Notes under the pieces: model-generated
What the model was told of the DNA's origin: nothing
The model's database searches: none
The model's input: the letters and a program-made list of their open reading frames with translations, nothing else
Origin: Piromyces finnis finn
Taxonomy: Eukaryota; Fungi; Neocallimastigomycota
Assembly: GCA_002104945.1 (NCBI GenBank)
Contig: MCFH01000059.1
Location: forward strand, 1-64,000
Length of the DNA: 64,000 nucleotides
Direction: 5' to 3'
Position numbers and translations under genes: made by a program
Shown here: positions 21,598 through 36,192 of the stretch, in pieces
Layout of the letters: each line of letters starts with the position of its first letter
Numbering within the stretch: position 1 is the stretch's first letter

Positions 21598-24500
21598 TAC
21601 ATCATATATGCAAATATATATTACACTTAGTCAATTACTTTTATATCAAATGTTAATTTTATGAATAATGTAAATAATAATAAAGGAAATTGTGGAAGTA
21701 TTCATTTGAATTATGATATGAACATTACTATTTTGGAATCATCTTTTATTAATAATAATATAAAAAGCAACGGAGGAGTAATGTAATTAAAAAAATAAAT
21801 AAATATTTATAAAATTAAAAAATATGAACATAAAATAGACTAATGTTTATCCTTTTTTTTTTATATTTATAAACAAATGATTTTTTATATTAAAAAAGAT
21901 GCATTGACAATATTAATAATTTAGAACTTAATATAATAAACAACACGTTTATAAAAAATAATGCTATTAATGGGGGTGCTCTTTATCTAAGAGAAAATAA
22001 TGAAAATAAAAATTATGACGATGGATCAATAATAATCAAAAATAATGTATTTAAGGAAAATAAAGCAGAAAATTTTGGTGGTGCTATTTATTCTGAATAT
22101 AATAAAATGTATTTAGCAAACGTTGAAAATAATACCTTTTCTTTAAATAATGCTGGTATTATGGGTAACATTGGGTATTCTCCAAAGAATATTGAAAAAA
22201 CCCTTTTTAATATTAAAGAATTTAATAGTTCAATAAATGATTTTACAAGTTTAACCACAAAACCAGCATATATTAATATTACTATCGATACTACTTTAAG
22301 ATCAGAAATATATACAGGTGATTTATTTCCATTAAAGTTTTTTTTATATGATGAGTTAGGTCACTTATATGAAGATAAAACAAAATACTATTCTTCAATG
22401 ACTATTAAAGTATTATTAAGAGAAAAATACGATGAAAATAATGAAATGCATTATAAGGCAATTGAAAATATTTGTTCATTTGTAAATGGTAAAAGAATAA
22501 AAATAACATTACTTATATATATAATTACTGATTTTTGAATAAATTATATACTATAATGATAGTAGTAATAATAATAGGAAAAATATTATTATTTTTTAAA
22601 TATATAACTTTATTTTTCAAATGAAATTACTAAAAAAAAAACAATAGGTATATGTGAATTAAATAATTTAAGAATATATGCTTTTCCTAATATATACTAT
22701 TTAATGCCAGTTATTGATGGTTATCAAGACCCTATTCAATTTAATTTTGATTCAATAGAGGTAAAAATAAATGATTGTAATAGTAAACAAATAAAAATTA
22801 AAGATCGATACGGCGTTCCTGAATGCAAAAACCCAGTTTGTGATGAGAGGTGTCTTGTTGGCATAAATGCAGAATGTGTATATAATCCAATGGCAAAAAA
22901 TAATAATACATTTAATATTTGCCATTGTTTTCCTGGATACCAGGGTGAATATTGTGAAGAAAAGGTTTTCATTGATTTTAGGTAATATTTTTGTATAAAT
23001 AGTAAAGATCAATTAATATATTTAATATATTTATAAAAATTTATTAATACAATTTTTTTTTTTTTTTTTAAATTATTCCTTATTAATAAACATATCTTTA
23101 GTCCTCTCCGAAAAATAATTAAAAAGGTGGTCATTGTTACTCTTCTTATATTGGCAACATATATTATTTTCATTGCTTTAAATTATAAAAATCAAATTAT
23201 TAATGATATTGGTTATTTAAAATTAATTTTTATGGCAGTTGGCCTGGAATTTTATTTTATAAGTAATTTTTTTTCAGCTTTTACTGATTATTTTGGCGCA
23301 TCTATTCAATTACTTATGAAACATGTTGGATTGTCTCTTTTTTTAACAATTTTTTATTTAATGGTTATTCTTAATTATGAATTAGGCCAGTCAATATATG
23401 ATAATAAATCCTATACACAATTTAACATTAATAAGATGACCGAAATGTCTGATTGTGATACTGAAACAGAAATAAGAATTAATAATAATTATAGTAATTA
23501 CAATAGAGGTAGTATTGATAGTGGATATCAATATGAATTTAAGCCTAAGAGATCTATTAATATTAGAAGTACTTTAATAGAGGTAAAAAAAGTGGAACTA
23601 AGTCTAAGTAAAGTTGAAGAAGAAAAATCCGAATTTTCTGGAGTGAATGAATTAATAATAAAAAAAATGAGAAAAGTGAAATCTCTTTATTTAGAAGCAA
23701 TATTTTTTTATATTATATATATTAGCAGTATCATCATTATTATAATAAGCAATATTAAAACAGATGATAATCCTGTAAAAGATGATATAGGAAAATGGTT
23801 TTATAAAAGTCCATTAGAAAATTATGATTTTTTATGTAATTCATTGGAATTCCTATTTCTTCTAATTATTCGAATTAAAAGCAATAAGTTGTTCAATTTT
23901 AATGAAATATTTAAATATACCAAATTCATATCTTATTCAACATTAATTGGGTTATTTTTAGGACCACTAATAAATGTAATATACCATAAATATATATAAA
24001 TTAAAAATGTAATTTTATAGTATCTTTTTTTTTTTTTCAATATTAAATACTAAAATATTTATTATATAATATATATATATATATAATTATAAATTATAAA
24101 TTTAATTACTTAGTTAATTAGTTTTACTGCTTTAAATAATCAACCTTATGCCAAAATTATATTTAATACTTCATTAAATTCAATAGGGTATTTAGCTATG
24201 CTTATAATGTTCTCATGGAATACCCTTTACATAATAATCAAGAGAAAAAATTGTCCTCAGGAATATTTTATTTTTAAAAGACATGAAAAATGTATGATTC
24301 ACCAATCATTTTCTTGTCCATGTACACTTAATATATCTATAGAAACTTTTTACAAAAATATTAGAAAATCCATTGATTTTTACAAAATTAGTTCATCATT
24401 TTTCGAAATAGTGAACAATAAATTACTATATATTAATATTTCTTCAAAAATAAAGCTTGTAAATTTCAATTATGAAAATAATTATGATTATGATAAGTAA
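19533..24500 (+). CDS. Multi-exon class C GPCR-like receptor: signal peptide, parallel beta-helix (Pmp/pectin-lyase-like) ectodomain, EGF-like domain, ~7 TM
   Basis: Hydrophobic N-terminus; repeated FxNCTFxNN and GGALYL/GGAIYS motifs (~21970-22100); CKNPVC..C..C..CHCFPGYQGEYC; seven hydrophobic segments across 23127-24240. Exon boundaries were not all resolved. Confidence 0.78.
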
Positions 24501-25619
24501 TTTTATTTTTTTTTTTTACAGTCACAATCATATATATCATCTATACCATCATCACTTTTCACAACACATTAACTTTTACATAAGTATTTAATCATTATCT
24601 ATAAATATTATATAGATATGATATAATAATATAATAATTTTTATTGAAATAAATGAATATTTATTCATAAATATAATTAAATATAATATTATGGATACAG
24701 AATTTTAAAAGTATCATTAAATTTGAATCATATAATAATAATAAAAAAAAATAAATTATATATAAAGTCTTAAAATATAATTTTATTTTATATTAATATA
24801 TTTTGATAATTATAAAACTAGATATTTCAGATCTATTGATTTATTTTTTATCTATATTTTTTATATATAAAAATAAAATTATTGGTAATTAAATCGAAAG
24901 AAAAATTTTGGAAATAATAGGAATTATAATTAAAAATATAAAGATTTAAATAAAAATTATTATTTATCTGGGAATTGTTTGATATAAAATAAAATATGAC
25001 CAAAAAAAATATTTACTTTATATCACCATTATTATATTACTATAGTCATATAATAGTAAGAGCAGTGTTTCTTAAAATATATACCAATAGTGTTGTTATA
25101 TAACTATAATTGCATTAATTGTACTATTGAATATTTTTTTTTTTTATTTTACTACATTTTATATAATTTCAAACTAGTCCACAATTCATCATTCGTTACA
25201 CTTTGATATATTTGTCTTGATTTAAAATACGTATATTAGTTTAGTTTTTAAGTAGAATTATTTTCATATTAATTATTAAGTCATCGATAAAAATATCAGC
25301 TTTATTTTAAATAATAGTCATCTTCCTTTGAGAAGAATAGTAGAAAATTTAGATTTTTACTTATTGCTATTTTTTTCTATTATAACAGAACTAAGGAACT
25401 TAGGGTCAAATATTTAAATAATCTATTAAAATATATATTTGTAATATGTTAAATATACAATATTTTTTTTAAGGTTATTTTTTTTTATTTTGTTATGTTT
25501 TATTACCATAACTATAGACTTTATTAATTTATAAGGAAATAAATTACTACAAATGAATTATAAACAATAAAATTATAATTCATGTCCTTTATTCAAGTCA
25601 AGCTCATATATAAATATAT

Positions 25620-26460
25620 TTTAAATTTAAAGAAGCATTACTTAGAATTTTCTTAGGAACACTAAAGGCATTAGAAAAATTATCCATAGGAATAATTTTA
25701 CCATTAATAAGGAGTGGCTTATGATCTGATACAGAATAAAAATAATCTATAAATGATTCTGAGTGAATAAGACCTTTCATCTTCGAATTAACAAGAGCAT
25801 GATCATTGCATTGTCGGAAGATTGTTCACTTCTCATCCAAGAGATAGAAGAACCTTTAAGTGGAAGAATTTCCCAATCGCCTAATCCATTAAATGATAAC
25901 CAGTTGGATAATTTTACTTTAGACATATTAACCGATGAATGGGATGAGTGAGTTTGTAACCACAAGCGAACTTCTAACTTTGCATGATCAACATAGATGT
26001 TGTGATGACTATGAGGCATATAAACATTTCCAATCGAGTATTTGAATCTATCCCAAAGGCTAAAAGTATAAATAGAAATAATATGCTTTCCAGAAAAGTT
26101 TTCAAGTGAGGCTTGACAAGAACTGTGAAAACCTAAATATAAACCTCTCATGTCGGGCACTGATTTATCAACTTTTTTGAAAAAGTGGCTATAGTTTCGT
26201 ATAGTAACGCAACATCTATATTTGATCCAGAACCATTACTAGTTTCTTGAGAATATAAAAATAATGGTTTGAAAATAGCTGTGAATTAATTAATATTATC
26301 TTTCCTCTTGTGATTCCAACCATTGGTATTCCAACTAAGACAAAATGAAAAATTATCGGGTTTGTTGGATTAGAAAGAATCGTTGCTATTATTGTTATTA
26401 TAACCATCATTATTAATAGATGATGTGTCAGAGGAATTAGTTGAACTATTATTAGATGAT
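25620..26460 (-). mobile_element. Degenerate non-LTR (LINE) retrotransposon fragment: AP-endonuclease domain
   Basis: GC-enriched island. Across frameshifts the minus strand gives CLSWNTNGW..YSQET (~26340-26240), SIGNVYMP, DHALVN and SVSDHKPL (~25730), which are the EEP/APE motifs in order. Stops and shifts are present and no RT is visible. Degenerate sequence may extend to ~26950. Confidence 0.75.
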
Positions 26461-27442
26461 TGTGTAACTTGAATAAGTTTCTTACAGGAAACAATTCAAT
26501 AATAGCTACATAAGTATAAAAAATACATTGCGAATGCTAAAGTTGATTACATTGGATTCTTACAAGAGAAGAGTATACATGAATACATGAATTAAAAGAA
26601 AAAAATGCAGCAACAATAATGTATAACTCTTCTAATTAAATACTATACAAACTTACCTGAATACCAAACATTTAATCTATCCATCTAATAAACCTAATAC
26701 TCGATGGAAAAGTGTTATTTTGTTCGCTTAGTACCATGAGCTTAGACCTTATAGTATTTCCCAATAAAGGCTAACCAAGCATCCATTGTGCAATGCTTGG
26801 ATTTATTTCTACTCTCTCAGTACCACATGAGCTTGAATAGAGCCCTTGAGAAACTTCATTTATTAAATAAATGAATACACGTTCCCAAGATGAATTGGAA
26901 TCCTTAAAATCTTACAAAATAAGGAATGTGATAATGAAATAGGACAATTGATGGATTTTAGATTATAATGTTATAAAGGAATTCAATATAAAATTGTAAG
27001 AAACAATTATTAATAATCTATTTAAAAATTTATATTAATTTTTAACCAATTATTCTTATAAAGATAGAAACATATAAATAATTATTAAATAAAAGAAAAT
27101 AAATAAATTTATTAAATATATATATAATTTATTTAATTTTATTGTTATATAGATATATTTAATTAAGATAATTAATAGATAATTTATTTAATTTTAGGGG
27201 CTATAGATATGTATAGTTAAGATAATTAATAGATATACTTATTATTGATTTTGATATATATATATATTTTGTACTATAAACTATTATTTAAAATAAATAT
27301 ATACTATTTATAATTGTAGAATAATGATGAGTGGCTATTAATAAAATATAATTATCTTTTATCTTTTAATATTACATTAGTAGTAATATCAATTTTTTTT
27401 GACTTAACTGAAATAAAATTATTTTATTCTTTTCTTTTTTTT

Positions 27443-29028
27443 TTAATTACAGCCTCCAAATTCTTTTTGACAGCCTGAGCCGCAATAAATTTCTCCGGTA
27501 CCACACCAACCATATTTACTACAACATTGACCTGAACGACATTTACCATCTTCATTACCACATTTGCCAGTGGTAGTGTATTTATCATCTTCTATAGGTG
27601 AGTCATTTTGATCACAACCACCAAATTCTTTTTGACAACCAGCACCACAGTATTTTTCACCTTTTCCACACCAACCGTATTTACTACAACAATAACCGTT
27701 AGAACATCTACCATGACCATTTCCGCATTGACCATCAACAGATATTGGTTCACATTCTTCATATCCATAATTATTATTTTTTAAACATTTAATATCATTT
27801 CTAGGTAAACATAACTTGTAATTTGTATCGTATATACAAGTTTCAAGATTGGAGTTAGTTAAAACTTTTCCAGTAATTTTGGGATTTCTACTAACGTCAA
27901 TATATTTAAGGTTTTTAAAGTCATTAAGGTATTCAGGAAGTTCATCAGTAATATTATTATAATATAAATCAAGATACTCAAGATTCTTAAAGTCTTTTAG
28001 ATAATCAAAGATATTAGTTAAACCACAGCCACTTAAACGAAGATACTTAAGTTTTGTTAATTGAGAGAAATCTTTAGAAATTTTAGTAATACTATGAGAT
28101 GTAATGACTAAATGAGTCAAAGTCTTAGAGGAAGAATAAACTACTTTTGGCATATCACCAAGTATTGTATAACCACTATTTGCCATTTCTAAAGATTTAA
28201 GTTTGTTTAGACTCTTTAATGGATCCATATCAAAACTTTCATCTGGGCGATTAAAATAAGATAAATGTAATGTTTCAAGATTAGTTAAAGTAGAGATTTC
28301 ATTTATATTAGATTGAGAAATAACAATTCCCCTAAAAGATAATTTCTTCATAGATTTAGAAAGATTTAATACACCATCTTCAATACCAGTTTTTATATAA
28401 TCCTTATATCCAGTAAAAGTATAAGAACTAAAAAAAAAATAAATACATATTAATGTGATGAAATTATAAAAAAGTATAAATGTTTATGAAAACATACAAT
28501 TCTTCAAGATTTGTTAAGTTCGCAATTTCTGGTGGGAATTTATTATATTTAGGACTATAGTAAGGTGTAGAACCATATTTATGGTATTCACTTTGATAAT
28601 AATAGATAAATATTTAAAAAAATTAATATTTTTCACTTTCAGGGTTTTTTTTTTTCGTTTTATAAATATAAAGAATTTAATTATAATTCATACAGTTTAG
28701 TAATAGAGTTATAAGATAACGCCTTTTTAATACATTCTTCAGATATACCATTATTAAGTTCACTATTTTAAAAAAGTAATATAATAATATTATATAAAAT
28801 AGTTTATCAATATTGAAAAAAAGGTATTTATATGCATTTTATTGTTTTTTTTTTTACATACATTATTACTACTTCTCCTTTACTATTAACTTCACAGATA
28901 CCTACGCTTGTATTTCTTTCTTTAAAGAAATCATCTATTTCTTTACAATCTCCAGACAATTCTTGCCTTTCTTCAGCAAAAACAAAATAAAAGAATAAAA
29001 TTAGTAGTAGACTTTTAAGAAAAAACAT
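27443..29028 (-). CDS. Secreted LRR protein with two C-terminal CBM18 (hevein/chitin-binding) modules; multi-exon
   Basis: Signal peptide MFFLKSLLLILFFYFVFA. LRRs LTNLETLHL, LTKLKYLRLSGCGL, LEYLDLYYNNI. Two C..G.C..G.CCSKYGWCG.G..YCG.GCQ modules. Small intervening exons at ~28770-28695 and ~28600-28500. Confidence 0.9.
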
Positions 29029-31369
29029 TTTTTTTCTAAAATTGATTAAAAATTATTATTTAAAATTAATTATAATTATTAATTATAAAATAATTATATT
29101 TAAAGTATGAATAAAACATTTATTTTTTAGAAAAAAAAGGATTTTATTTATACTTTTTTTTTTTTAAAAAAAGATTTTTCTAAAAGACGATTATAAAAAT
29201 AAACGATTATTTTTTGATATAATATATAAAATATATTATAAATATAATAATACTATACTAGAAAAGTATTATTCATCATAAATAATTAAAATTACCTTTT
29301 TAGCATAATGGAAATATTGTCATTTGATTGGAGGAAAAGAGAGAATAAAGTATATTCTTTTTTTAATTAAAAAGATTTTCTTTTTATTAAAATATTTTAA
29401 TTAAAGAATTTTTATATTAATAATATATTATTTATTAATACACTAATATAAAAAATGGAATAGATTATATATTAAAAATAGTTAAAATACTTTATTTCGC
29501 GGTATATTAAGAAGTAGTCATTCTTGATATTATTGATAAAAAAATCATTTAAAGACATTTCTTTATCTATTAACATTTTCTTTTTCATTTTTATTACGTT
29601 ATTTAATGTATTAACAAACAAAATTATTGGATTGTATCATACAATTTATAATATCAATGCACCTTTTGTATACATTAATTCTAAGAATGATAAGAAAAAA
29701 AAATAAAATCTTTATTATTTTTAAAGATTCTTCCTTTTTCAAAATAACTATTTCACCAAAAATTGTAATCTATTAATTTTCCTTTTTTTCCTATATTATA
29801 AAAAAAGATATTAATAATTTTAAAATTACTATAGTTTAAGTAATTATAATTTCTTATAATTTTTTATCTTTAATTATAACTATAATGTTAAGGAATTAAA
29901 ATATTTAAAAAAAATAATACATTAACTTTAATCTATATGTTACATATGTCATAATATATAAATGTATGCATTCATTACTATTAATATTATTGGTTTTAGT
30001 TTTCTATTCAAATAATAACTCATTAAAACTTTATTTTATTTCATGTATAGTTTAATTGAATGCATTATCTTGTTCTACTTAAATTTAATTCTTTTATTTT
30101 ATTAAAAAAGAAATAACATAAATATTTATACATATTAATTCCAAAAGGTTAGATCACTCCATTAAATATTAATTAAACCATTCAATTCAAATATATACAA
30201 TTTTTAAATAAAAAAAGTGGTATTATTGTTTTTTATTATTTAGTCAGAATTATAAGAAATATTTAAAATATATTATCTATAATTACAGTTATAATGAAAG
30301 TGCTAATGAATATAAAGTAAAATAATATAGAGTAATATTAGAATAATTTACCTAAAATAAATGTATTAGTCATAAGACATAACAAAACTATGGTATATGG
30401 TATAGTATGCTATAGCAAAAATAAAGTAGATGTATAATTCATATAATTCCAGCCCTATCATTATACAATGTAATGTATTCATAATATAGGAATACTAATA
30501 TTAAATAGGATAATATATTTTATAATATATTTAAATGAAATATTATTATAAATGTAATGTAATACAAATTTATATTACAATAAAATATTACTACATTTAA
30601 TAAGGAATGAATAAATACTAATATATAATATTAATATATGAGAATATTATTAAATATGTTAATTTATTCTATAATTAATATATAAATAATGTATTATAAT
30701 ATTATAATATATATCAATTATTATAAAATACTATATTATTATAAAATATTTATATATAAATTTTTAAATATGAAATTGAATATTTTAAATAATAAAAATT
30801 ATTTTAAATAGGACTACATATTAGTTTCATATCAACTATATGATGTAGAAAAATAAAATTGTATGTCATAAATTTTTACATAAATAAAGTTATTAATAAA
30901 AACATATATTATTTAAGGTTACATTTTTTCTACATAAAAACTGAAATAATAAAAAGTAGAATTATAATATGTAAAACGTAAATGTATTACGTAAACACAT
31001 TACATATTTAAATTTATATTTATATTTGATAAATAAAATTATAAAACTGCATTTATATAAAAATTGTATTCATTAATATATTAACAATAAACATCAATGT
31101 ATGATACTAAAATATATTGAAAACTGATTTTTATTGGTTTATATTGCTTTACAATATTTGATTTAATAATTTTTTTTATATTGAAAAATGATTTTTATTG
31201 GTTTATATTGTTTTACAATGTTAATATATATTTTATTTAATAATTTTTTTTTAAAGTTTAAAAGAATAAAAAATGAATAAAATAGTTTTTTTTTTTTAAT
31301 TATTTATAAGAAAAGTAATATTATAAATAATTAGCATTAATACAACTAAAAGTCAGAATTGAAAGTGCC

Positions 31370-33058
31370 ATGGAAGAAATTATAAAGACAAAGTTTAATG
31401 AGATATTAAATTCAGAAATTTGAAATCTTTTTTTTCCCGTAGAGTCAAAAATAAGCATATCTTTTGCATTTTAAAAAACAATATATATCAAAATGAAAGA
31501 AAGTATCCACATATTAATAATATAAGAGATTTGTATGAACGTTCTCAAAAACTCACCAATCCTCTAGTACATAAAAATAATTCTTTTGGCCATATTTTAA
31601 ATATCTTTTATAATGATCAAAATCAAAATCAAGAAGTAAATTTCTTGGAATATAACTTTTTATTAAAGAATGTTGCTGAGAATGAACAATTCTTTTTATT
31701 GGAAACTGATTCTTATTCAAGTCATTGCAAAACTATTAATGATATAATAAATAGAAATAAAATTTTTAAAAAGCAAGGCATTGAAATACATTTAGAATGC
31801 AGAAAAGTGCTTTTAAATCCATCAGATAATTATTATAAAAAACTATCTGAATGCTTAAAAAAAAAATGGCACTCAAAAGAAAAGAAAGCGTACTATTTAT
31901 TGTATTGCTACTGTTGTTAATAATGAAATTAAATATTTAAGTGACTTTTTTTCGTTAATGAGCCACAAAAATTTATTTAAAAGAAAAAGCCACAAAAATA
32001 AAAGTAAAAGAAGAAATAGCACCTCATTTATACAAAAACAATATAACCAACTGGAAAATAGATTGGAAAACAATTTTTATTATTATATTAACACTATTTT
32101 TGAAGAATATAAAGAAGGAATAGCATATCAAAATTTTAAAAAATACTTTTTATTTAGAATAAATTTTTATAATGTTGAAAACAATTACTTTGAGGAAACA
32201 GTCAACGAACTAGATAAAGATGTTGAGAAGGAGATTTTGGCTTATTTAATTAAACAAGAAAACTCATCTCAAAATAAAAATATAAATTCTTCACAGTCAT
32301 ATATTTCTGATAAAATTTTAATTGATGGCAGTGATTGCATTCTATCAGAAATAAATGGTACAGCTGAAGTAAACGTTCATGAAAATACAAATTCTCCACA
32401 GTTATATGTTACTGATTCTGAAGAAAGTTTTAGTGACAGGACTTTAGTTAATAATATAAATAGTGTTAATTTTTCAGAAAGTAATTATTTATCTAATAAT
32501 TATAATTTAGTTAACAATGTATTGAATAATGTTAGTAATGAATTTGAAAACCAGTATATGATTGGTGAAGTAGTTTATTATAACAGAAACAATATTAGTA
32601 GAATAATAGGAAAATTATTCAACTGTAATGGTGAGATTGAGATTTATTCAATAGATCATAGAAAAATTGGTACTTTTAATTTTAATGCTAATAATTTTAA
32701 TTTTAATGCTAATAATTTTATTAGAGAGAGTAATCATATTATTCTCTCTAATAAAATTATTGAAATAGTATTTGACAAAAACAATTATTGGCTAGTAGAA
32801 GATTCAAATACTATTGGGTTATTAAGTTTAACAAACAATAAATTAAAAATAGGTATGAATATTTTAGATAATAATTCATTAGCATTGGATTTTCTTATCC
32901 CACAAGAAACTGTTGTTTCAACAAATGATTTATTAGACTTGAAGATAAATCTGCAAAAATATGAAAGCGTTGAAAGAACCGTTAAAAGAACAATGCTAAA
33001 TGAAAACCAACTCTTTTTCAGTAATGGATTATCCATTAATAATTTTGATCCTTTTTAA
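31370..33058 (+). CDS. Unknown protein, probably one ~560-aa intronless ORF broken by two short homopolymer frameshifts
   Basis: ATG at 31370 (MEEIIKTKFNEILNSEI) joins ORF 31420 by adding one T to a T3 run. ORF 31958 is open upstream to the A10 run at ~31857-31866 (NGTQKKRKRTIYCIATVV). No family recognised. Confidence 0.5.
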
Positions 33059-34980
33059 AATTGTGAAGTCTTATATTTATAATTTTATTTTATTTCTTTT
33101 TCAAAAAGGAATTAAATATTATAAATATGTTGATGGAATTAAACTATTTAATAAGTAATATTGCTCTTGACATTCGTAATTCTGACTTTTATGACAAATA
33201 ATTTTTATATCATGTATATTTGATTATTTTCTAAAAGTTTATAATTTTGAGAGAAGAGAGCGAGATATATTTATTTTATTTTTATTTTTTTTATTTTTTT
33301 TTAAAAAAAGTATATATCATCAGTAGTAGTATCATGCTTTTATTATTATCATTATTATTTTTTTTTTTTTATTTATTTTTAATATTGTTATTTTTAAAAA
33401 AAAAATATTAATAAAAATTCATTTTCTATTTGAAAATGTAAATGCCTTTTTTTTTTTTTTTTTTTTTATTGTTGTTGTATATATATTGTGTGTCTTTGCT
33501 CTTGTATTATACTTTATATTTTCAGTTTGTGTTGTATTAGATTTTATAGTTATAAAATTGTAATATATATATTTTCCATTTTAGGAAGTATAGCTTATTT
33601 TTCGAAAAAAAAAAAAAGGCTAAACAATATATATATACATATAACTAATTGTAGTATTGATTTAATAGCAATAGATATTTTTTTTTTATATACAATAAAC
33701 GTTCAATAAGCCTACCTCTTTATTATTATTTAAAACATAAAAATTGTTGATTTGACTTTTTATGATTTTCCATTATGGCATTAAGATAAAAGTTATTGTT
33801 GTGATCTTTTTTTTTTTTTTTTTTTAAAAAAAAGTTAAACTATTTTATAGACTATAAAAATAAAAGAGTTTTATTTTTTATTATAAAAAGTTTTTTTTTT
33901 TTTTTTTTTTTTTTTTATAGAATTCATAAAAAGTTATTTTTAAAAATGGTATTTTTTTGATTTATATATTTTTAATTTAAGAACAGTTTTATTTTTTAAT
34001 CATATTTTAATTAAAAAAAAAATAGACAGAAAAAAAAAAAAAAAGGACATTAACTCTTCAATAAGACATTATTTAGGTTATAAACGCATAAAACTATATA
34101 AATAAAATATTTTTTAAAATTCTATTTCACTATTAAGAAATACTGATAAATCATCATCATCATTATTATAATAGAAATGCTAGAGTTAATAATTTAGACA
34201 TTAATTTTATTAAAAAAAAAAAAAAATAAAATAAAATATAATACTTTTTTATATATAAAAAAGATTTATATAAAAATAAAATGTAAAATTGAAAATAAAA
34301 AAAAGTAATAAGCAGATAAGCAAATATAAAAATAATTAATATTATTTTTATATTTTTTTTCTTGGTCATTAGTTTTTTTTTAAATAAAACACTTAAATAT
34401 TGGAGCTGTTTTGTGAAATAGTTTCAATATTTAAGGAAAAAGTTTGTTATCTATACATTAAAATAGAAAACGAATGTATATATCTTTTTTATTTTTAAAC
34501 GCATTACCAAATAAAATACTAAAAAAAAGAGAAAGTAACCGATGTTTTTTTTAATGCTTAAGATAGTTTTATTACTATTATTTATATTAAATATAGTTGA
34601 AATATTAGAATATCATGGTAAAAATTATCATTATTTCTATTATTATTATTTTTTTTAAAACAATATTCTTTGTATATTTCCTAAGAGTCTTTGATAAATA
34701 TAAAATTTTCTATTATAAACATTATATATAATTATCAATAAAGGCTTACTACTGGAAATGGTTCGAGGGCATGTACTTTCCACCTTCCTACTTATACTTT
34801 TTAAAAAGTAATTTTGTATTACATATTTAATTATGTATTCAAAATAAAATCTTTTTCTTTTTTTTTTTTTCATATCAAATATACTAATATACAAATATAC
34901 AATATAATATTTTAAAAGTAACTTAATGTATATTATAATCATCATTTTTATGCATTATTATATCATACTCTTTCTTTATG

Positions 34981-35223
<243 letters not shown>

Positions 35224-36192
35224 TTGTTTAATTCTACCGATGGAATAGTATTATTTATTATCTATTACTTCAAGTATTACAAATGTTTGTAGTTGTCGAA
35301 TTATTTATACTAATATTATTATTCATATTGGCATTCATATTTATAATTATTATGCATTGAATCCATCCCTTTCATATTTCCATTCATATTATTTATACTA
35401 TTAGACATACTAGAAGAATCATTATTATAATTACTTAGGCTATTTGTATTACGATTACTACATAATTCATGATTCATTATATTATTTTGTTCTGAACTTG
35501 TCCCTTAATCCACAGAATTTCTATTTTTATAATCTTGTTTTTTTTATTATTCGTCAAGTTCAAGCTTTTCATTTTATTAAATAAGAAATGGATAATAATT
35601 TTAATTTTTAATATTTTATAGATTTATTCTATGAAAAGAACATTATGATCCATTTTATAAAAATAAGTATAATGATAGCTTTAATAAAAATAAAAATTGG
35701 TTTAGTTAATACCACCACTTATACTATTTTTTAAATTACAACTTACTATATACGTTTGTTTAGAATTTTATAAAAATCAAAAAAAAAAAAAAAAAAAAAA
35801 GCTTAAATACACTACAAGAAAATATTAAAAATGAACACTAATCCATTATATTTTATTACATTTATTATATATATATTTTTATTAGTATATAATTTTTTTT
35901 ATTAGTGTTATTATTTATTAATTATTCATAATATTTTTTTATAATATATAAATATTTTTTTTCTCTCCTTATTTTTTTTTTTTAATTTGTAAAATTACTT
36001 TTTTTTTTAAATAAAGAAAGGAAAAAAAAATAATAATTTTATTGTTATATTTTTTAATGTTTTTCTTTCAATAATGTTAATTATTTAACTTTGCCTTGAG
36101 TATGACATATTGATAGTGTTTTTATTAAATATAATAGAAGGTACTAAGAATGATCAAAAATAACTAAATAAAGAGTTTATTCACTACTAAAT

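Noticed and set aside
31415-31430. Second in-frame TGA suggesting TGA=Trp recoding genome-wide
   Set aside because: A single-T indel explains it better. Trp is encoded by TGG in the intact genes checked (Gypsy pol, helicase A).
34740-34800. Small GC-rich patch with GGTTCGA and a TGGAAA/TTTCCA hairpin
   Set aside because: No A box or cloverleaf, and too short to support a call.
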